Positions 50,115 to 63,782 of a stretch of 64,000 bases of DNA are shown here, piece after piece. Location: the NCBI GenBank assembly GCA_010093605.1, contig MU004183.1, forward strand, positions 1,116,001 through 1,180,000, in the 5' to 3' direction. The notes under the pieces were generated by a model. The model ran no database searches. It worked only from the letters and a program-made list of their open reading frames with translations, and had not been told where the DNA came from. Both the position numbers and the translations under genes were made by a program. Origin of the DNA: Lophium mytilinum. Its lineage: Eukaryota. Each line of letters opens with the position of its first letter. The first letter of the stretch is position 1.

Positions 50115-50955
50115 TTACAAAACTCCCGTTTGCTCTCCCCCGCCAGGAAAATGGAGAGTCACTTGTCCATATCTATCCTTGTTCATCCTGGTCCCTGGGC
50201 CAGTAAAGAGGCGTTTTTGGTTACTCGCCTTGGAGATGTCGAAGCCACCCTCCTCACTCCAAAGTTCCTCCATTTTCAGTCGATCCTTGCTCTTCGGCTT
50301 GCCCTCCTTGATCCTCAATTTTTCGAAATAACAATAAGCGGCATAGAACGCCGACGACGTGTTGCCTTTGTCGTAACCCTTCTGGCTACGAAAGTTGGAA
50401 AGACTTTTACCGGAAACAGACGTAGAAGAGGCGTGATACTGCGCTGACAGTTCGCGGCAGAAGGACGCGTGCGTAGCACCAGGCTTCTTCAAAAGATAGG
50501 CTTCGATCTTCCGTCGAACCATGTCGCAGGTCTCGTAAACCGGGACAGAATCATCTTCTTCGCCCTCTAGGTGGATAGAGGAGAGGTCGACATCAGGCGA
50601 GTGCGATTTGTCCTTGGCAGTGGCAGCATCGCTGGATTTGCTGGAGGGACTCGATGTCTTTCGTTTTTTGGCAGTGTTGCTCTCCGTTTGGGACTTCTTT
50701 GGGCCGGCCTTCGAGTTGGCATTGGTCTGCTCGGATGTGCTCGTCTGTTTCTCGCCATCCGAAATTGCATCACTCTTCCTCTTGCTCTTTTTCTATAGCA
50801 ATGTAAGTAACTACTTGATAGCCTGTAGTAATGTTCAATACCTCAGAACTAGGCGCTTTCTTCTTGTTTTGATGTGATTTGTCCGGGCTAGCTGAGTTCT
50901 GAGCACTTGCAGGCTTGTCAGCGAGAGCCTCGCGATTGCGCAATGTGGGCGCCAT
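50115..50955 (-). CDS. Conserved hypothetical fungal protein (Lys-rich N-terminus; C-terminal domain possibly DUF7726-like)
   Basis: Intron 50793-50841 joins the frames; VYETCDMVRRKI...FYAAYCYFEKLRIKEGKPKS. Confidence 0.8.
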
Positions 50956-51349
50956 GTTTGCTGTATTTCAGTAGTTCTGCGGAAAGTCGGGAAGTAATGG
51001 AAGTATTTAGAGTATGAATGTTTAGAGAGTGTTGCAAGAATACCCTACCCGCGCTAGGTATAGGATACACGAATTTATATTCCTCCGGTCCTTATTAGTG
51101 ACGTATGCTCAAATACACAAACAACGCGTGCCTTGACGCGTGAGGTCAGAGGCATTCATCCATGTCGATCGATCAGCTTCAGGGATACACATGACATCAG
51201 AGCACTACCAATGAACGTTATGCAAGGTCTGTGCTTCGATCACAACGACGGAAGGTCGAGACACAAAAGTATTGGAGGCACTGAATGTAGGCTTTTGCAG
51301 GCAGAGTGGGGTATCTTCGTTTCTATCTATCTTTCAGTCTTTCAACGCT

Positions 51350-52862
51350 TTATTGCGTCTCCTTTTTCTTCAAAAAGTCTCGCAACAAGGTTTCCGTACT
51401 TTCAGGATCATCTCTCTCGTGCCCGTCCTTCCAGTGACGGTAGAACTCCAGAACTACTTCGACAGCGATAAGGGCTATAATGGCCCACTCTAAACGGAGC
51501 CCGTGTTTCTCGCTGAGCGACTCCCTCAACACGCTTGCGATCTCTTGAGCAAATCCAATTTTCTCATTCAGAACCTTGATACGAACTCCGACATCTAAAG
51601 CACGCCCAACCTGGTCGTAGTACTCTCCAAGCCCGAGCTCATGTCGGCTATCCCAGAATATATCGGGGAGGGAGTCAGTGAGCTCCGAATAGAGGTTCAA
51701 TTGGGCTCTTATGCTCAACAATTCACCCGTTTTGCGGAGGATAAATGATCGTGTGAAGGGCAGTTTCGATCTTCGCAAGAGGGTCTGTGAATCCCCCGAT
51801 AGCATTGCTGGTATAGAGCGCGTTGATTGTTGGTAGGTACTGAGGAGGCTCTCTAACACAGCGAGCTTCGTTGATCGGGCCAAGCCAGAAGAAAAAGCTA
51901 TCTTGGCTAGGATAGTATCGACTTCATGCCGTTGGTCTGTGCCGTTATCACCTAGAGAAAATGTCTCGTTTGTTGCAGTCAAAGTGCGGTTGTGTTGGCG
52001 GACAGTCAATTCCTCACGAGCCTCGGAATCCTGAGTCTCTGCCTTAGTGCCCAAGATGATGGTATCACCGACGATATCACTGGTCTCTTTGGAGGGGTCC
52101 TCGAGATATTCCAGATCTTCAGTCTCTATTAAATTCAGGTGTGAACCCTCCGCTGCCGCAGGCAAAATGTTACGCACAAACCCAACAGCTTCGGCTTCGG
52201 GGACGTTCCAACTGACAACGGTGCCAGAGGGAAATATGAAGATGTCTCCCGGTCCCGGAAAGTCTACGTTATACGCTATTTCCGCAGTCTGCACGTGAAT
52301 GACTTGGGGGAACAAGCCGGTCTGGTATGGGTCAAGCTGGTAGCCTTGGTCTTGGACGAGCTTGGCAGCAGAAGTAATGTCGTACTGCTCCGCTGCGCAG
52401 TATGCCGTGACTGTCTACTCAATTGCATGTATTAGCTATTTCTTCACAGCTAGCCTAGATGCGTACCTTGGTCGCAACATCGGGGTCAACGAAGCGCTTG
52501 TTTCCCCTGCCTTTCACAAGTCCGCCCCTCGATCTTTGGGCCTCCACGGCTACTCGACGGAGGGATGAGGTTTTGGCCACACTATTCCTCGGCTTCCGCT
52601 GGTCCTGCTTCCCAGCCGAGTCGTGAGCATCTGCGTCGGAGGAAGGAGAGGGCAGTGGCGTCTCCTGCTTCTGCGACTGCTCCTGTTTCTTGTACACACA
52701 GCCTGCGTGTGAGAAGGCCCTTCGAGTAGGTGTGCCTGGAATGCTCGGCTCGCGACGTTGGCGGAGTGGATAGGCTGGCGGAAGGCTGGGGGAGCTGTGA
52801 GGGATGGTGGAGACATAGCTCCGGGTCAAGCAGTTCACGGCATTTCTGCGAAGGAAGAGCAT
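51350..52862 (-). CDS. DUF155 (RMD1/RMND1/Mrx10-like) mitochondrial protein
   Basis: Presequence; TAYCAAEQYD, FIFPSGTVVSWN, FSSGLARSTKL, LTDSLPDIFWD, LEWAIIALIAVE; intron ~52415-52466. Confidence 0.88.
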
Positions 52863-53143
52863 TGCCGGACAGAGGTGGTGCGGTATCGAGTGCGCATCTG
52901 GCTCCGGGAGACGCTGGAATGGCTTTGAACGTGATGGATTTGGAAGAAGCTTCTGGCGGTGCGTGGGTGCTGCAGAATAAATAAATTAATGGATCATCCC
53001 CCATCCCCGGCCGAGGCGTGCAAGGGTCTCGTATAGCGCCGACATCACCGCCCAACATGACCTCCGCATCAATCACCGCTCTCGCGCACGCCTTGGCCTG
53101 AGCTGCTGAGCTCCTCCCCATCGCCGCGGCCCATGCATCCAGC

Positions 53144-56100
53144 ATGCCAGCCGATCCGCAAGAGACTGAGGCCGCCAGCGCGCCCCCCGACGACATGCAT
53201 CGCCCCCGCGCTTCCAGCCACGGTCGGGACTCCACTGCCAGCACCGCGCAGGCCACCGACGATGACGACGAGGACGACGAGGAAGAGGACGCAGACGAGG
53301 AGCCTAAGCTGAAGTACTCTCGGCTGACGTCGAATCTGGGCTCTGTCTACCGAAACGGCGATGCGACGAGCTCCTTCATGGTTGCGGGGGACAAAATGGT
53401 ATGGCGCTCTGCTTGGATGGAGCTTTATCGATATACTGCGAATACTAAGTGCTAAATAGATCATGGGAACACACAATGGCAACATCGTGAGTGATGTGTC
53501 CAGCTTCCTACACCCTGTAACCAGAGTCTCTGATTGAATGCAGCATGTCCTCACTATCCCGTCCTTCCAACCCTTGCGCCTATACAGTGCCCACACGGCG
53601 TCTGTCACTGCCGTCTCTGTGTCTCCGTTCCCGCCGCCTCTTCCCTCTGCAAGGCCCGATGCCCTCCCCAGCCGGCCAATCGAAGCAGCGGCCACTCCCC
53701 AGAAGGCACCCTCAGTATCGGGCGGCCAGACAGCGTCGCCACGAACCCCACGCCAACCACCTGTTCCCGCTACACCGTCAAACTCAATATTCATTGCTAC
53801 CTCTTCCATAGATGGCCATGTTTGCGTATCGTCACTCGTGGATCCAAAGGACGTCACGTTGAGGAATTTCGCGCGCCCCGTGCAAGCGGTTGCGCTATCA
53901 CCGGAGTACAAATCCGATCGAACGTATCTATCAGGTGGCTTGGCTGGCAACTTGATCCTTACTTCTGGTGGTCAGCCTGGCGTGAAGGCGAACGCGAACA
54001 CGAACAACGCTGCGGCTGCAGCTCAGGGGTGGTTAGGCGCGATCGGACTCGGCGGCAATTCTGGACGAGACACGATATTGCATTCCGGAGAGGGCGGCAT
54101 CAGCACGATCAAATGGTCGCTCTCTGGAAAGTATGTGGTCTGGGTTAACGAGCAAGGTATTCGAATCATGCGGACCAATCTACAGCTGGAGAGTGCCGAT
54201 TCGGATTTTGCGTGGAAGCGGATAGGCTTCGTTGACAAACCAAACCGCCGAGCCTGGGAAGAGATGGCTGGTGTCTGGAAAGCTCGAGCCGAATGGGTAG
54301 ACGGCCAAGCGCTTGAAGTTGATGATGACTTGAATGGGCCCAGTGGAATCGGCAGCGCGACTAAGGCTGAATCTTCGCTACCTCACAGGCGCCCTAACAA
54401 GCAGCAAAACGGCACCAAGAAACTGCGTGTTGAAAAACTAGTGGTTGGATGGGGAGATGCCGCTTGGGTGATCCACGTGAACCCTGGAGGCGCCGGCGTG
54501 GGTAAGGACATTGGAGAAAGATCTGTTGGTAGTGCCGACATAGTACACTTGTAAGGATCCTTCAACTTTTATGCGGGTCATACTGATTTCGTGGCCAGCT
54601 TGCGATTTGAGGACTGTATTGTTTCTGGGATTTCGCTTTATACCCCTTCCTTACTTCTTGTACTTGCTTACCGGACCCGCGACGATGACGACAATCCTAT
54701 CACGCCAAATGCTGAAACAACCCCACGCAGGGGACTGCACCGCCGCCAGAATGGACTGTCTCCTGAGCTAAAACTAATTGATGCGGCCACTTCTGATGAA
54801 GTCGAGGTGGATACGCTCAACGTGAGCCGATTCGAAACTCTTTCCTCGGCCGATTACCATTTGAGCACACTTTATGTTCCACATCCGAAGGCTATGACGC
54901 CTGCTCAACGAGGCGCGTTGGAAGCTCTTGGTGGAGGCTTGTGGGATGCTGGCGTTAGTGCTGCCCGCATATTCAGTTCGGGCGCCAGCGTCATCAGCTT
55001 GCCTAGCAGTGGCGACAACGGCAAGGCGGCACAGTCCTTGGAGTCTAGCAGCGGTGTGAATTCGTCTACTCCTTTCAAGGGGAAGCGGCTACAGGACGCG
55101 AATCCGGCTGCAGCCTCCGCTGGATTGAAGATCTTCATCCAAAGTCCTTTCGACTGTGTCCTTGCTGTCAAACGTGATCTCGCGGATCATTACAATTGGG
55201 AGCTGGAGCATGAGAGATACCAGGAGGCATGGGAGCTTGTGGACGATCATCCCGAAATAATAACGGCGTCGTTCGAGAGACCAACAGATTTGTCTCCTAG
55301 CGGCACCCCGATAAAAACCCAAGGAAGTCTTGTGGATTTCTTCGCCGACGACACAGCGTCCCAAACGACCGTGTCAGCAGTTCGAAATCATAACTCGGCG
55401 ATCGAAAAGGAAAAGCGCCGGATCGGTGACCTTTGGGTCAAGCAGCTTGTGTCTGCTAAAGACTGGAAGACAGCAGGAAAAGTTGCCGGCCGTGTGCTTG
55501 GAACTTCTGAAAGATGGGACCATTGGTTCTGGAAGTTTGCGCAGGCAAATCGGATCGACGAGATTGCACTATACTTGCCCACGAAACAGATGCATCCACC
55601 AATCCCGTCATTAGTGTATGAGGTCGTGCTAGGCCATTACGTGAACCGCGATAGGCTAAAGCTTAAAGATTTTGCCGATACCTGGGACTCGTCTCTGTTC
55701 GACATCAACAGCGTAGCTGAGGCGATCAAAAAGAAGCTGTCTGAAGGGGAGATTACAGAAGATTCTGTAGAAGGCGGCGAAACAGCGAGAGACTGGCGCA
55801 TCCTACAGGATGTGCTCGCCAAAATGTATCTGTCTGGTGGCCGCCCAAGAGAAGCATTAAAATGCTACTTCCGCCTTCAAGATGCCGATGCTGCTATGAG
55901 TCTCATTCGAGACCATCATCTTTTGGAGGCAATCAGAGATGACATACCTGGATTCATTCTGCTTCGAGTGTCTAGGGAACAGATGGAATCGGCTCCAATG
56001 CACGAGTTACAAGAAGCGTCGATAGAGGCAATTCACCTCTTAGTAACGGAGGCCAATCGTGGAGTTGTGCCAGCCCATGAGGTTGTTTCTCAGCTAGAGA

Positions 56101-57324
56101 GCAAGGGTCTGTCATTTCAGCCGTTCCTCTTCCTCTATCTCAAGTCGCTTTGGAAGGGCGAAGGCAGCGAAACCAAAGGCAGCACTACCGCCGATCGTGT
56201 TGCTGCCGATGGGCTCAAGATGATGGCTGAAGACTTCGGCGATCTAATTGTTGGACTATTTGCGGAATATGACCGACCGAACCTCATGGAGTTCCTCCGT
56301 TCATCCCAAAGTTACAACCTCGACAAAGCCTCCGCCGTTTGTGAGAGGCGTGATTATATACCCGAGCTGGTGTAAGTATATCTTAATAGCACACACTCGA
56401 GTCAAACAAACCACTGACATTGACAGGTACATCCTCTCTAAAACGGGCCAAACAAAACGTGCACTTTTCCTCATCATCAACACCCTTGCAGACGTGTCTC
56501 GTGCGATTGCCTTTGCTAAGGAGCAGAACGACCCTGACCTCTGGGACGACCTACTGGACTATAGTATGGACAAACCACGATTCATACGGGGTTTGCTAGA
56601 AGAAGTTGGTACGTCAATCAACCCTATTACTCTCGTGCGCCGCATTCCAGAAGGCCTCGAGATTGAGGGCTTGCGGGAGGGCATCGGAAGGATGGTCAGG
56701 GAATACGAAATCCAATTCAGCATATCAGAAGGAGTAGCGCGAGTACTCAGGGGGGAAGTGGCACAAGGTATGGACATTTTGCGGGCTGGGCAGAAGAGAG
56801 CGGTAAAATTCGACGTCATTCCTGCAGCCGGGGAACCTGAAAAGACGACACCCGACGTCGAGCAACTACATCTGGTCAAATCAGACACAAGCGCTAAGGA
56901 CGATGCTTCGAAGTCCTTCAATCCGTCGGCGCCCTCTGAGCCAGCGCAACCTCAGCTAGACGGGCAGGCTGGACCTGGTCACTGCACGGCTTGCCACCGC
57001 CCCTTTTCGCTTCCCGGGAGCCTTCCATCAGCGATTGATGCCGACGATGATCTGGAGCCGAGCCCTATCCCACCCTCGCGGGATACTCTCGTCGGCTTTG
57101 CTTGTGGCCATGTCTACCATCTGTCATGTCTCCTGCCCAAGACCTCTGCGTCAGCTTCAGTAGCTGCCACGCTACAGGCGCGCTTAGCGAGAGATGCCGA
57201 CGAGGACGGTGGGTGGGGGCGGAGTGTAGGAGCAAAAGTTTCCCATGCGCATGTCATCAAAGGGGCGATTGGGAGGGGGTGCGTGGTGTGCTTTGCAACG
57301 GAGGACGAAGAGAGTGGTACCTGA
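53144..57324 (+). CDS. VPS41: HOPS subunit Vps41, multi-exon
   Basis: EEPKLKYSRL, GTHNGNI, NFARPVQAVALSP, DLWDDLLDYSMDKP, RIPEGLEIEGLR, C-terminal RING-like C..C..GHVYHLSC. Confidence 0.95.
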
Positions 57325-58092
57325 GGTCGAGGACACTGAGTGCTGGCTTATTATCTAAGTAGGGAAGGACAGCTGTATATACGATGTATGTCCGTGGCAC
57401 TTTCTTATGCTCTCGTTGGGTGTGTATCCGATCAACATTCCAGATATCATCGAGAGACACCGATGGTTGTATACATACTATTACATGGGAGGAATGGGGT
57501 CAAACTTAGAGCATGGAAAAGCGAATGCATGTCAGAGGTTGGAGATTCATATAGAGAGGAGACCCTTATCCTCAAGTCAATACAGGCATCACTTACTCGG
57601 TTCCGAATGACTGCTTTTATTCGCCAGTGTAGCGTTTGCAGGTCTCTGAAAATCAGCCAATACTATCTTGTTCAGATTTCCAGAAAAGTATCGGAGGCCT
57701 TCAAATGTGATGCCTGGGTGTACGTAGACTCATGAACTAGTACTGTACGCGTAAATGGGTCTGTTCACCTTGCTTGACGAGATTTGTGGTGCTCTGGCGG
57801 GGTTGACATGGGAGCACGTAAGGAGAGACTAAGAACTTGGCACTGCACCACCATGCATCACAGGATTGAGTTAAGGAGCTCAATTGACTTAGCTATTTAG
57901 CAAGGCAATGTAATGTGACCTCCAATGACGTCCAACCCAAACACATGAAGCCAGAAAATCTCAAAAGTAAGAGCCGATAGTGCAAAACCATCAATCATGA
58001 GACACCTAAGAGTCGTATCGCAAACCTCCTCCAATTATGACCCTTGAATGATGCTCTGATGTCCTCAACCTATCGTCCTACTGTTCGCCAGC

Positions 58093-58831
58093 TCAAGCCA
58101 GGGCAGCGAAAGCACCGTTGATAACGGCGCCGGCGAGGAGAAGCCGGGCCATGAGATAGTCGGACGCCATTGTCGGGACGGCAGCGCCATTTGACGACAC
58201 GGTCGGAACGTCAGGCTGAGTCGAAGTGCCAGGCACATGGGCGCTCCCCGTCGAGGACGTGCTGTGGTTGGCAGTGGTGTGCGCTGGGGTAGTGACCGAT
58301 GGAGCAGAGGCGGAAGGAACCGAGGTCGACATAGCCGGAGCTGAAGGAGTGGGAGCTGGTTCAGTGACCGTGACCGAGGATTGCGGAGTCTCGCCAGCAG
58401 GGATGCTGGCAGAGCCTGGGACGGTGATCGGAACGAGGGGTGGAACGACAATTGAGGCCGATGAAGGAGAGCCGCTTGAAGGAACTCCGGCCGGTGGAGT
58501 GGTGGGGAGAATTGGGTTCGAATGGATGGCGGCAGAGCACCAGGTCGGGACGACCGTGACCGTGACCGTGGAAGTGGATTCGACGCACTCTGTGAGCTTA
58601 TTAGCAGTGTGGAATTGTCGAAAGCGTGGATGGCAACGGACCAGAAGCCCAGCGGGGTTCGTTCTCAACAGCTATGAGAAACAAGTTAGACCCAAATCCA
58701 CTAGGTGCTTCAAAGAGCCTCGGGTATTGGTGTCCAGTGCTCCGGGAGGATAGTAGGAAGTTCGACATACCTGCAGCGACGAGGCTAGCTAGGCCAACAG
58801 CCAGGATGGCGGCGATCTTGAAAGCGTGCAT
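58093..58831 (-). CDS. Secreted Ser/Thr/Pro-rich, likely GPI-anchored cell-wall protein, 3 exons
   Basis: Signal MHAFKIAAILAVGLASLVAA; introns ~58672-58770 and 58590-58641; SNGA omega-like site and hydrophobic tail. Confidence 0.8.
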
Positions 58832-59705
58832 GTTTGCAGTGATGTTCGGTGATGTTGGCAGTGAAGTAGTATGTACTTGCTGTGAATGTATGAGAAACTG
58901 TTGCAGGCAAGAAGATGTTAGCTGACGCTGCTGAAGGTATGCCGTAGACGATGCACGAGATAAGGCGGGTGTGGCGGACGGTGAGAGGAAGAAGATTGAG
59001 GCAGCGGAGGAAGATTATATCATATAGGCGCGACGCGGCCGCCAAGCCAAAGTGCAAACGCAGCAGGCTAGCCCGGCAACCCGTGACGAAGGCAACAGCA
59101 ACGGGCTCCTCACTCGCGCCCAGTTGCTCGAGCTTCCAGCAAGTACAGCAGGAGAGCCGGCATCACTGCTGCTTCTGCCGCTGTGAGGGGATCGGAGGGC
59201 TCTTCCCCTGGACAGGGGATGTTGCCGGCCTCCTAGAGGCAAATATTGGCCAGTTCTTTGATATCTCGACATTTAGATACGCATCGGAGTGTGAGAAGCA
59301 GAGCAGACACAAGTGAGATAGCCAGACCTAATAGCACACTGGTGTCGTCCTGAGCAGTGCACCCTCCCTAAGCCTGGAGCAAACCTTTTCGAAGTACTAT
59401 GCCATGCTCTGATCCCCGTGAAAGTTACTTCTGTGCTGCGCAGATACTCGCCTGCCGCCGGACAAGCTGGGTGCGAGGCGGCTGCTGTTCGTGGACTCGT
59501 CGACCGAATCGGGTTAGCGCCAAATGGCGTGTGTTTATCATGACCTCTTCCTCGCCCGCCGCCTCTTCCTCTTCCTCTTCCTCACCCAACTTTATACACT
59601 CGCTTCAGCTGCTTCAATTCTCTTTCGGTGCTGTCTTTGGTTGCCTCTGCTCTGCTTTCAAGCTGCTCTTACCAGCTACATCCAACCACCCCACCAATCA
59701 GCAAG

Positions 59706-61352
59706 ATGCAGCTGTCCAAGTTCCTTGCCGTCGTCGGCAGCGTCGCTGCTACGGCCGTGGCTCTTGCAGGCCCCGAAGGTAAGGCTCGGTCCATTCCTGC
59801 TCTGTCGTCTGAGCAGACACCTCCACAGCCTCTCGGGACGCTGCTGCGTGCTCAGCTCGCGCTCGAATTGCTTGGACCGTGTTGACGGCATGAGAGCCCT
59901 GCCAGCGCGAGAACAACTCGACCCACGCTGGAGACCAGCCGTCTTGCTCTCGAAGGGCCCTCAGCTAATTCGTTTTGTGATCCAGATGTATCCGCCCGTG
60001 GCAGCGATGTCGACGTCCTTGTCCAGGTCTTCGAGGTCATGTCGACCAGCACCGTCTATACAACCCAGATCTTCACCGTCACGAACTGCGCTTCCCAAGT
60101 CCCCGAGTGCCCCGCTCACTCGACTGCCGTCGTGACCTCCACGATCGCGGTCACCACGACCGTGTGCCCGGTCAAAGTCACGTCGTCAATCACCATCACT
60201 CGGTCGCCGAGCCCCAGCCCTTCAAGTTCTCTGGTCGTTTCCAGCACCTCCGTCAACACACCTTCTTCCAGCAGCGTCTTGATTTCGACTCCTTCGAGCA
60301 GTGTTGTGGCCTCGACTCCATCCAGCGTCGTGGTTTCCACCTTGTCGTCCACTCGCGAGGTCGTCTCGTCTTCGTCCAGCAGCGTCGTCATCCCGACTCC
60401 ATCGTCCACCAGCAAGGTCGTCTTGTCTTCGTCTAGCAGCGTGGTCATTCCAACTCCGTCGTCCACTAGCACGAGCGTCTTGTCGTCATCAAGCAGTCTG
60501 GTGGTCCCGACTCCATCATCCACCAGCAAAGCAGTTTCGACCTCTTCCTCGAGCAGTCTTTCAACGCCGTCCACGCCAGCTTCCACGTCCAGCTCCTCCA
60601 TCACGAGCAACACGTTCCCTATCAACACGCCGCATGTCTCGTCTTCCTCTAGCAGCGTGGCTTCTTCAAGCAGCGTGGCTTCTTCAAGCAGCGTGGCTTC
60701 TTCAAGCAGCGTGGCTTCTTCAAGCAGCGTGGTGACCCACACCCCGTCGGCGTCCTCTTCTGGCTCTTCCGTCGCCAGCACGACTTATCCGATCAACTCG
60801 GGGCATATTCCAAGCTCTTTCAGTGTCGTTGCTCCGACCCAGACAATCAGCTACAGCACAACGAGAATTACCTCCACTCTCACCCATGCAGTTACGCAGA
60901 CACAGACCTTCGTCCCTTATTCCAGCACCAGCACTAGCTCTGGCATAGCTACCGGACCAGTCCAATCTTCCAAGCCGGTGGCATCCTCGTCGCCATTCTG
61001 GCCGAACACAAGCATTGTTACGAGCTCTGGCACGACCTTTTACCCGATTCAGACGATCCCGAGTTCGATTCCGGGGACCAATATCGTCACCGCGCCTTCA
61101 GGGTAAGTTCTCCCCTCCCCTCATCACATCCTCTTCTTCTGCGTTCGTCTTAATGGACTCTCAATTCCACTGCGTACTAACAGCTTGTGTTCTAGGCTCC
61201 CCAATGCTTCCGCCTCCAATGGAACCACCCTCCTCAATCCTACCCATGCTCCTAGTCAAACTCCATACTATCAAAACAGTGGCATGGCGATCAGTGCGAT
61301 CAACGGGATGGTGCTAGCTGTTCTCTGCGCAGTGGCCATCGTCCTGTACTAG
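59706..61352 (+). CDS. Secreted Ser/Thr-rich mucin-like, likely GPI-anchored cell-wall protein, 3 exons
   Basis: Signal MQLSKFLAVVGSVAATAVALA; introns 59779-59985 and 61103-61195; TNCASQVPECP...TTVCP motif; ends NSGMAISAINGMVLAVLCAVAIVLY*. Confidence 0.85.
60651..60732 (+). repeat. Perfect 18-bp coding minisatellite (AGCAGCGTGGCTTCTTCA) x4.5
   Basis: Identical units start at 60651, 60669, 60687 and 60705, with a partial unit at 60723. Confidence 0.95.
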
Positions 61353-62229
61353 GATGCAACGTCTTGTCGCCTGGGATGGAGACACTGCCTGAGGCTTGTA
61401 TGCCGGGTGTGTGAAGGGTTTTCAAGAAGGAGGTTACTGTTTACTCTTCCAGATTACATGTCCTGCCGGCATGGCTGCATCATGAAGCTTACGGCCATCA
61501 CATACTTACATCATCGATGTATGATCTTGTGGTGGAGGGTCTCATCATGTAACTGGACTTCTTTCCCAGCACATGAATCAGATAGAGGGGCCGAAATAGC
61601 ATAATCTCAAAAAAAGATTCGATCGGCCAAAACAGAAGCTTGCAATGCAGTCCCATTAGCCGTCCTACTCCACATATGAGAAGCCCTTTGGTGATGTTCA
61701 AAAGGTATTGTGGAGGTGTTGTGGGAACAAGCTTTTTGTTTCAGCCCGCGCTGGCTAACCGTGTTTGCCTGGACCAACGCCCAAGCTTCGGTACGTACCA
61801 CGGGAGAATCCTCCATGGCACCGCTCACCACGCTTCCGGTCGACACAGCTTGACGTCCACCCAAAGGGCACCGCACTTGAATCACACTGCTGACGAGCCT
61901 TACGCATGAACTCCTGTGGCTCGGTTGCAGGGCTATGTTAACTAAGTTATCTCAGGCATTGATTACGAGTCGGCATTTCGGGAATCTTCTGCTTCTGATA
62001 TCTCTAGCTCCCTGACCTATCAACGGCGTAGCAGACATCTAGCCTTTGTCTAAGTTTCATTCCAAACCACAACCCATTGCGGGTTTGAGCCGAGATCACA
62101 CATCGCGCTCAAGCAATGGCCTTTTGCTTTAAACGCCTTCAAACGCCAAAACGCCGACACTCCACCTCGCTCCTGTACTAAGGAAATCCGTCACGTTTCA
62201 AGTCCATGATCGTCCGCTCGGCAATGCAA

Positions 62230-62703
62230 TTAAAGATGTGAAGTTGCACCCCTTCCGCAGGTGGGGCATGGTGAAGTAGTCCGAGAGCTCCATAACGACG
62301 AAGATGGAGATACTGAGCCAGCTACACTCGCAGGCCTCGTTGGTCTTAGGGAATCGGTATGAGTTTGTGGTTGATGTGCATTCGCAAGCGCTACTGGCAG
62401 CTCAGTTTTTGTACCAGGCTAGGTTACTGGGTTAGACTTACTTGTATCGATGGTGTGTTGCTCTGGTGTGCTGCAGCATCCCTGGTACTCATTTTCCAGC
62501 TTCTGCTGTGCTTCCGGATTGTTTGTCTCCCGCCATGGCCAGATTGGGCCGTCCCATTCGTCCCAGCCATCCTCGTAAGCCTTGATGGAAGCCTTCTCCT
62601 TCTCAAAGGCAACGGCGCAGTGAGAGTCCATGGCAAAGCGCTGGGCGCGACAGTGGCCCATGCAGCAGCCGGCGTGGCTGCGAACATTTGATTCGGTGGT
62701 CAT
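62230..62703 (-). CDS. Hypothetical small Cys/Trp-containing protein, probably 2 exons
   Basis: ATG after a CA-rich leader; strong GTAAGT donor at 62441; second exon and stop are inferred. Confidence 0.4.
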
Positions 62704-63782
62704 TTCTTGTGTTGGTGTTGAGGTGTTTTCTGATTGATTGATGCGACTAATTGATATTGTCGATGATAGTAGGTCGTACTGATCGATCTCGTCTGAGGTC
62801 TGGATGCTTTACAATTCGATTTTGTACTGAATGGTTGTGGACTCCTACAAGACGACTGCGAGACAGCCTTTATAGCACCGCGAGGTCATGGTGTACACCC
62901 AGCCGCGATCTGTCCACTGTAGAAAGCGCTCGTCACATTACTCGAATTTGATTATCATACGTCCTTTCATTCTTGCGATCACGCAACAAAATGGCCGGCA
63001 AGGAGTCCCATTCGACGCTGTGTCAGGGGCGCAGCCAGTGGCGCGGTGTGTCGATTACTGTCACGCCACATTATCAGCCCTACTTCGTACCTCGATAGCA
63101 CCCCATGGCGAACATTCTCAACCAGCAATACCATGAACGTAACAGCAGCTCCCATGATTCGTGACTGCCGTATCTCTCCTAAATACCAGGCGGCGAGTTC
63201 TAAAGTCAGAGTCTCCCAAGCTTGGGTCTAGCAGTCGAGCTGGCAACGCTCGGCCGGGTGACAATCTGATGATTTCGCACGTCTGTCAAGAGGGATGCCT
63301 ATCATTCGAACGAGCGGTAAGATGCTGTTCTGCAGATCAGATAGAATAATGCTTGGACACATCATAAGATTGTTCGAGATCGTTCCTTTCAGTCCCTTTT
63401 CGGCTTCCATCTGGATGCGCGGAAGCCGCCGAAAGTGGCGTGTTCCTGCAAGCCCACGCCGGCACATTATCTACCCCCACACAAGCGTGGGAATACGAAT
63501 TGTCGCTTTCCGTTCTCTGTATACGCCAACATCAGTGTAAAGGCAACCCGCTAATTGGGGCAGAGTTCAATCCCTGGGTGGAAGTACCTCATATCAGAAT
63601 ACAGAAGGCCCATTCTTAAGCCAAATTTTACTTACGCTGAGTGGGTTGGCTAAACCTTCGGTAACACAAAGTGTTACTTTCCATGTATCCCTCTTTTGCG
63701 GCTAACTTCCTCCCTCCTTTGCAGCTAACTTCATGGCTTAACATCTGCGCTAGACCGGCGGACATGTATTGATGCTCTTTAG

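Noticed and set aside
59779..59985. Long GC-rich intron checked for a TPP riboswitch or snoRNA
   Set aside because: Lacks the TPP core motifs and C/D boxes
60116..60781. Repetitive minus-strand ORF (TLLEEA)n; the 18-bp array considered as CRISPR-like
   Set aside because: Antisense of the Ser-rich repeat; no spacers and a eukaryotic context
63690..63745. Short imperfect direct repeat TTTGCRGCTAACTTC
   Set aside because: Only two or three short copies and no further structure
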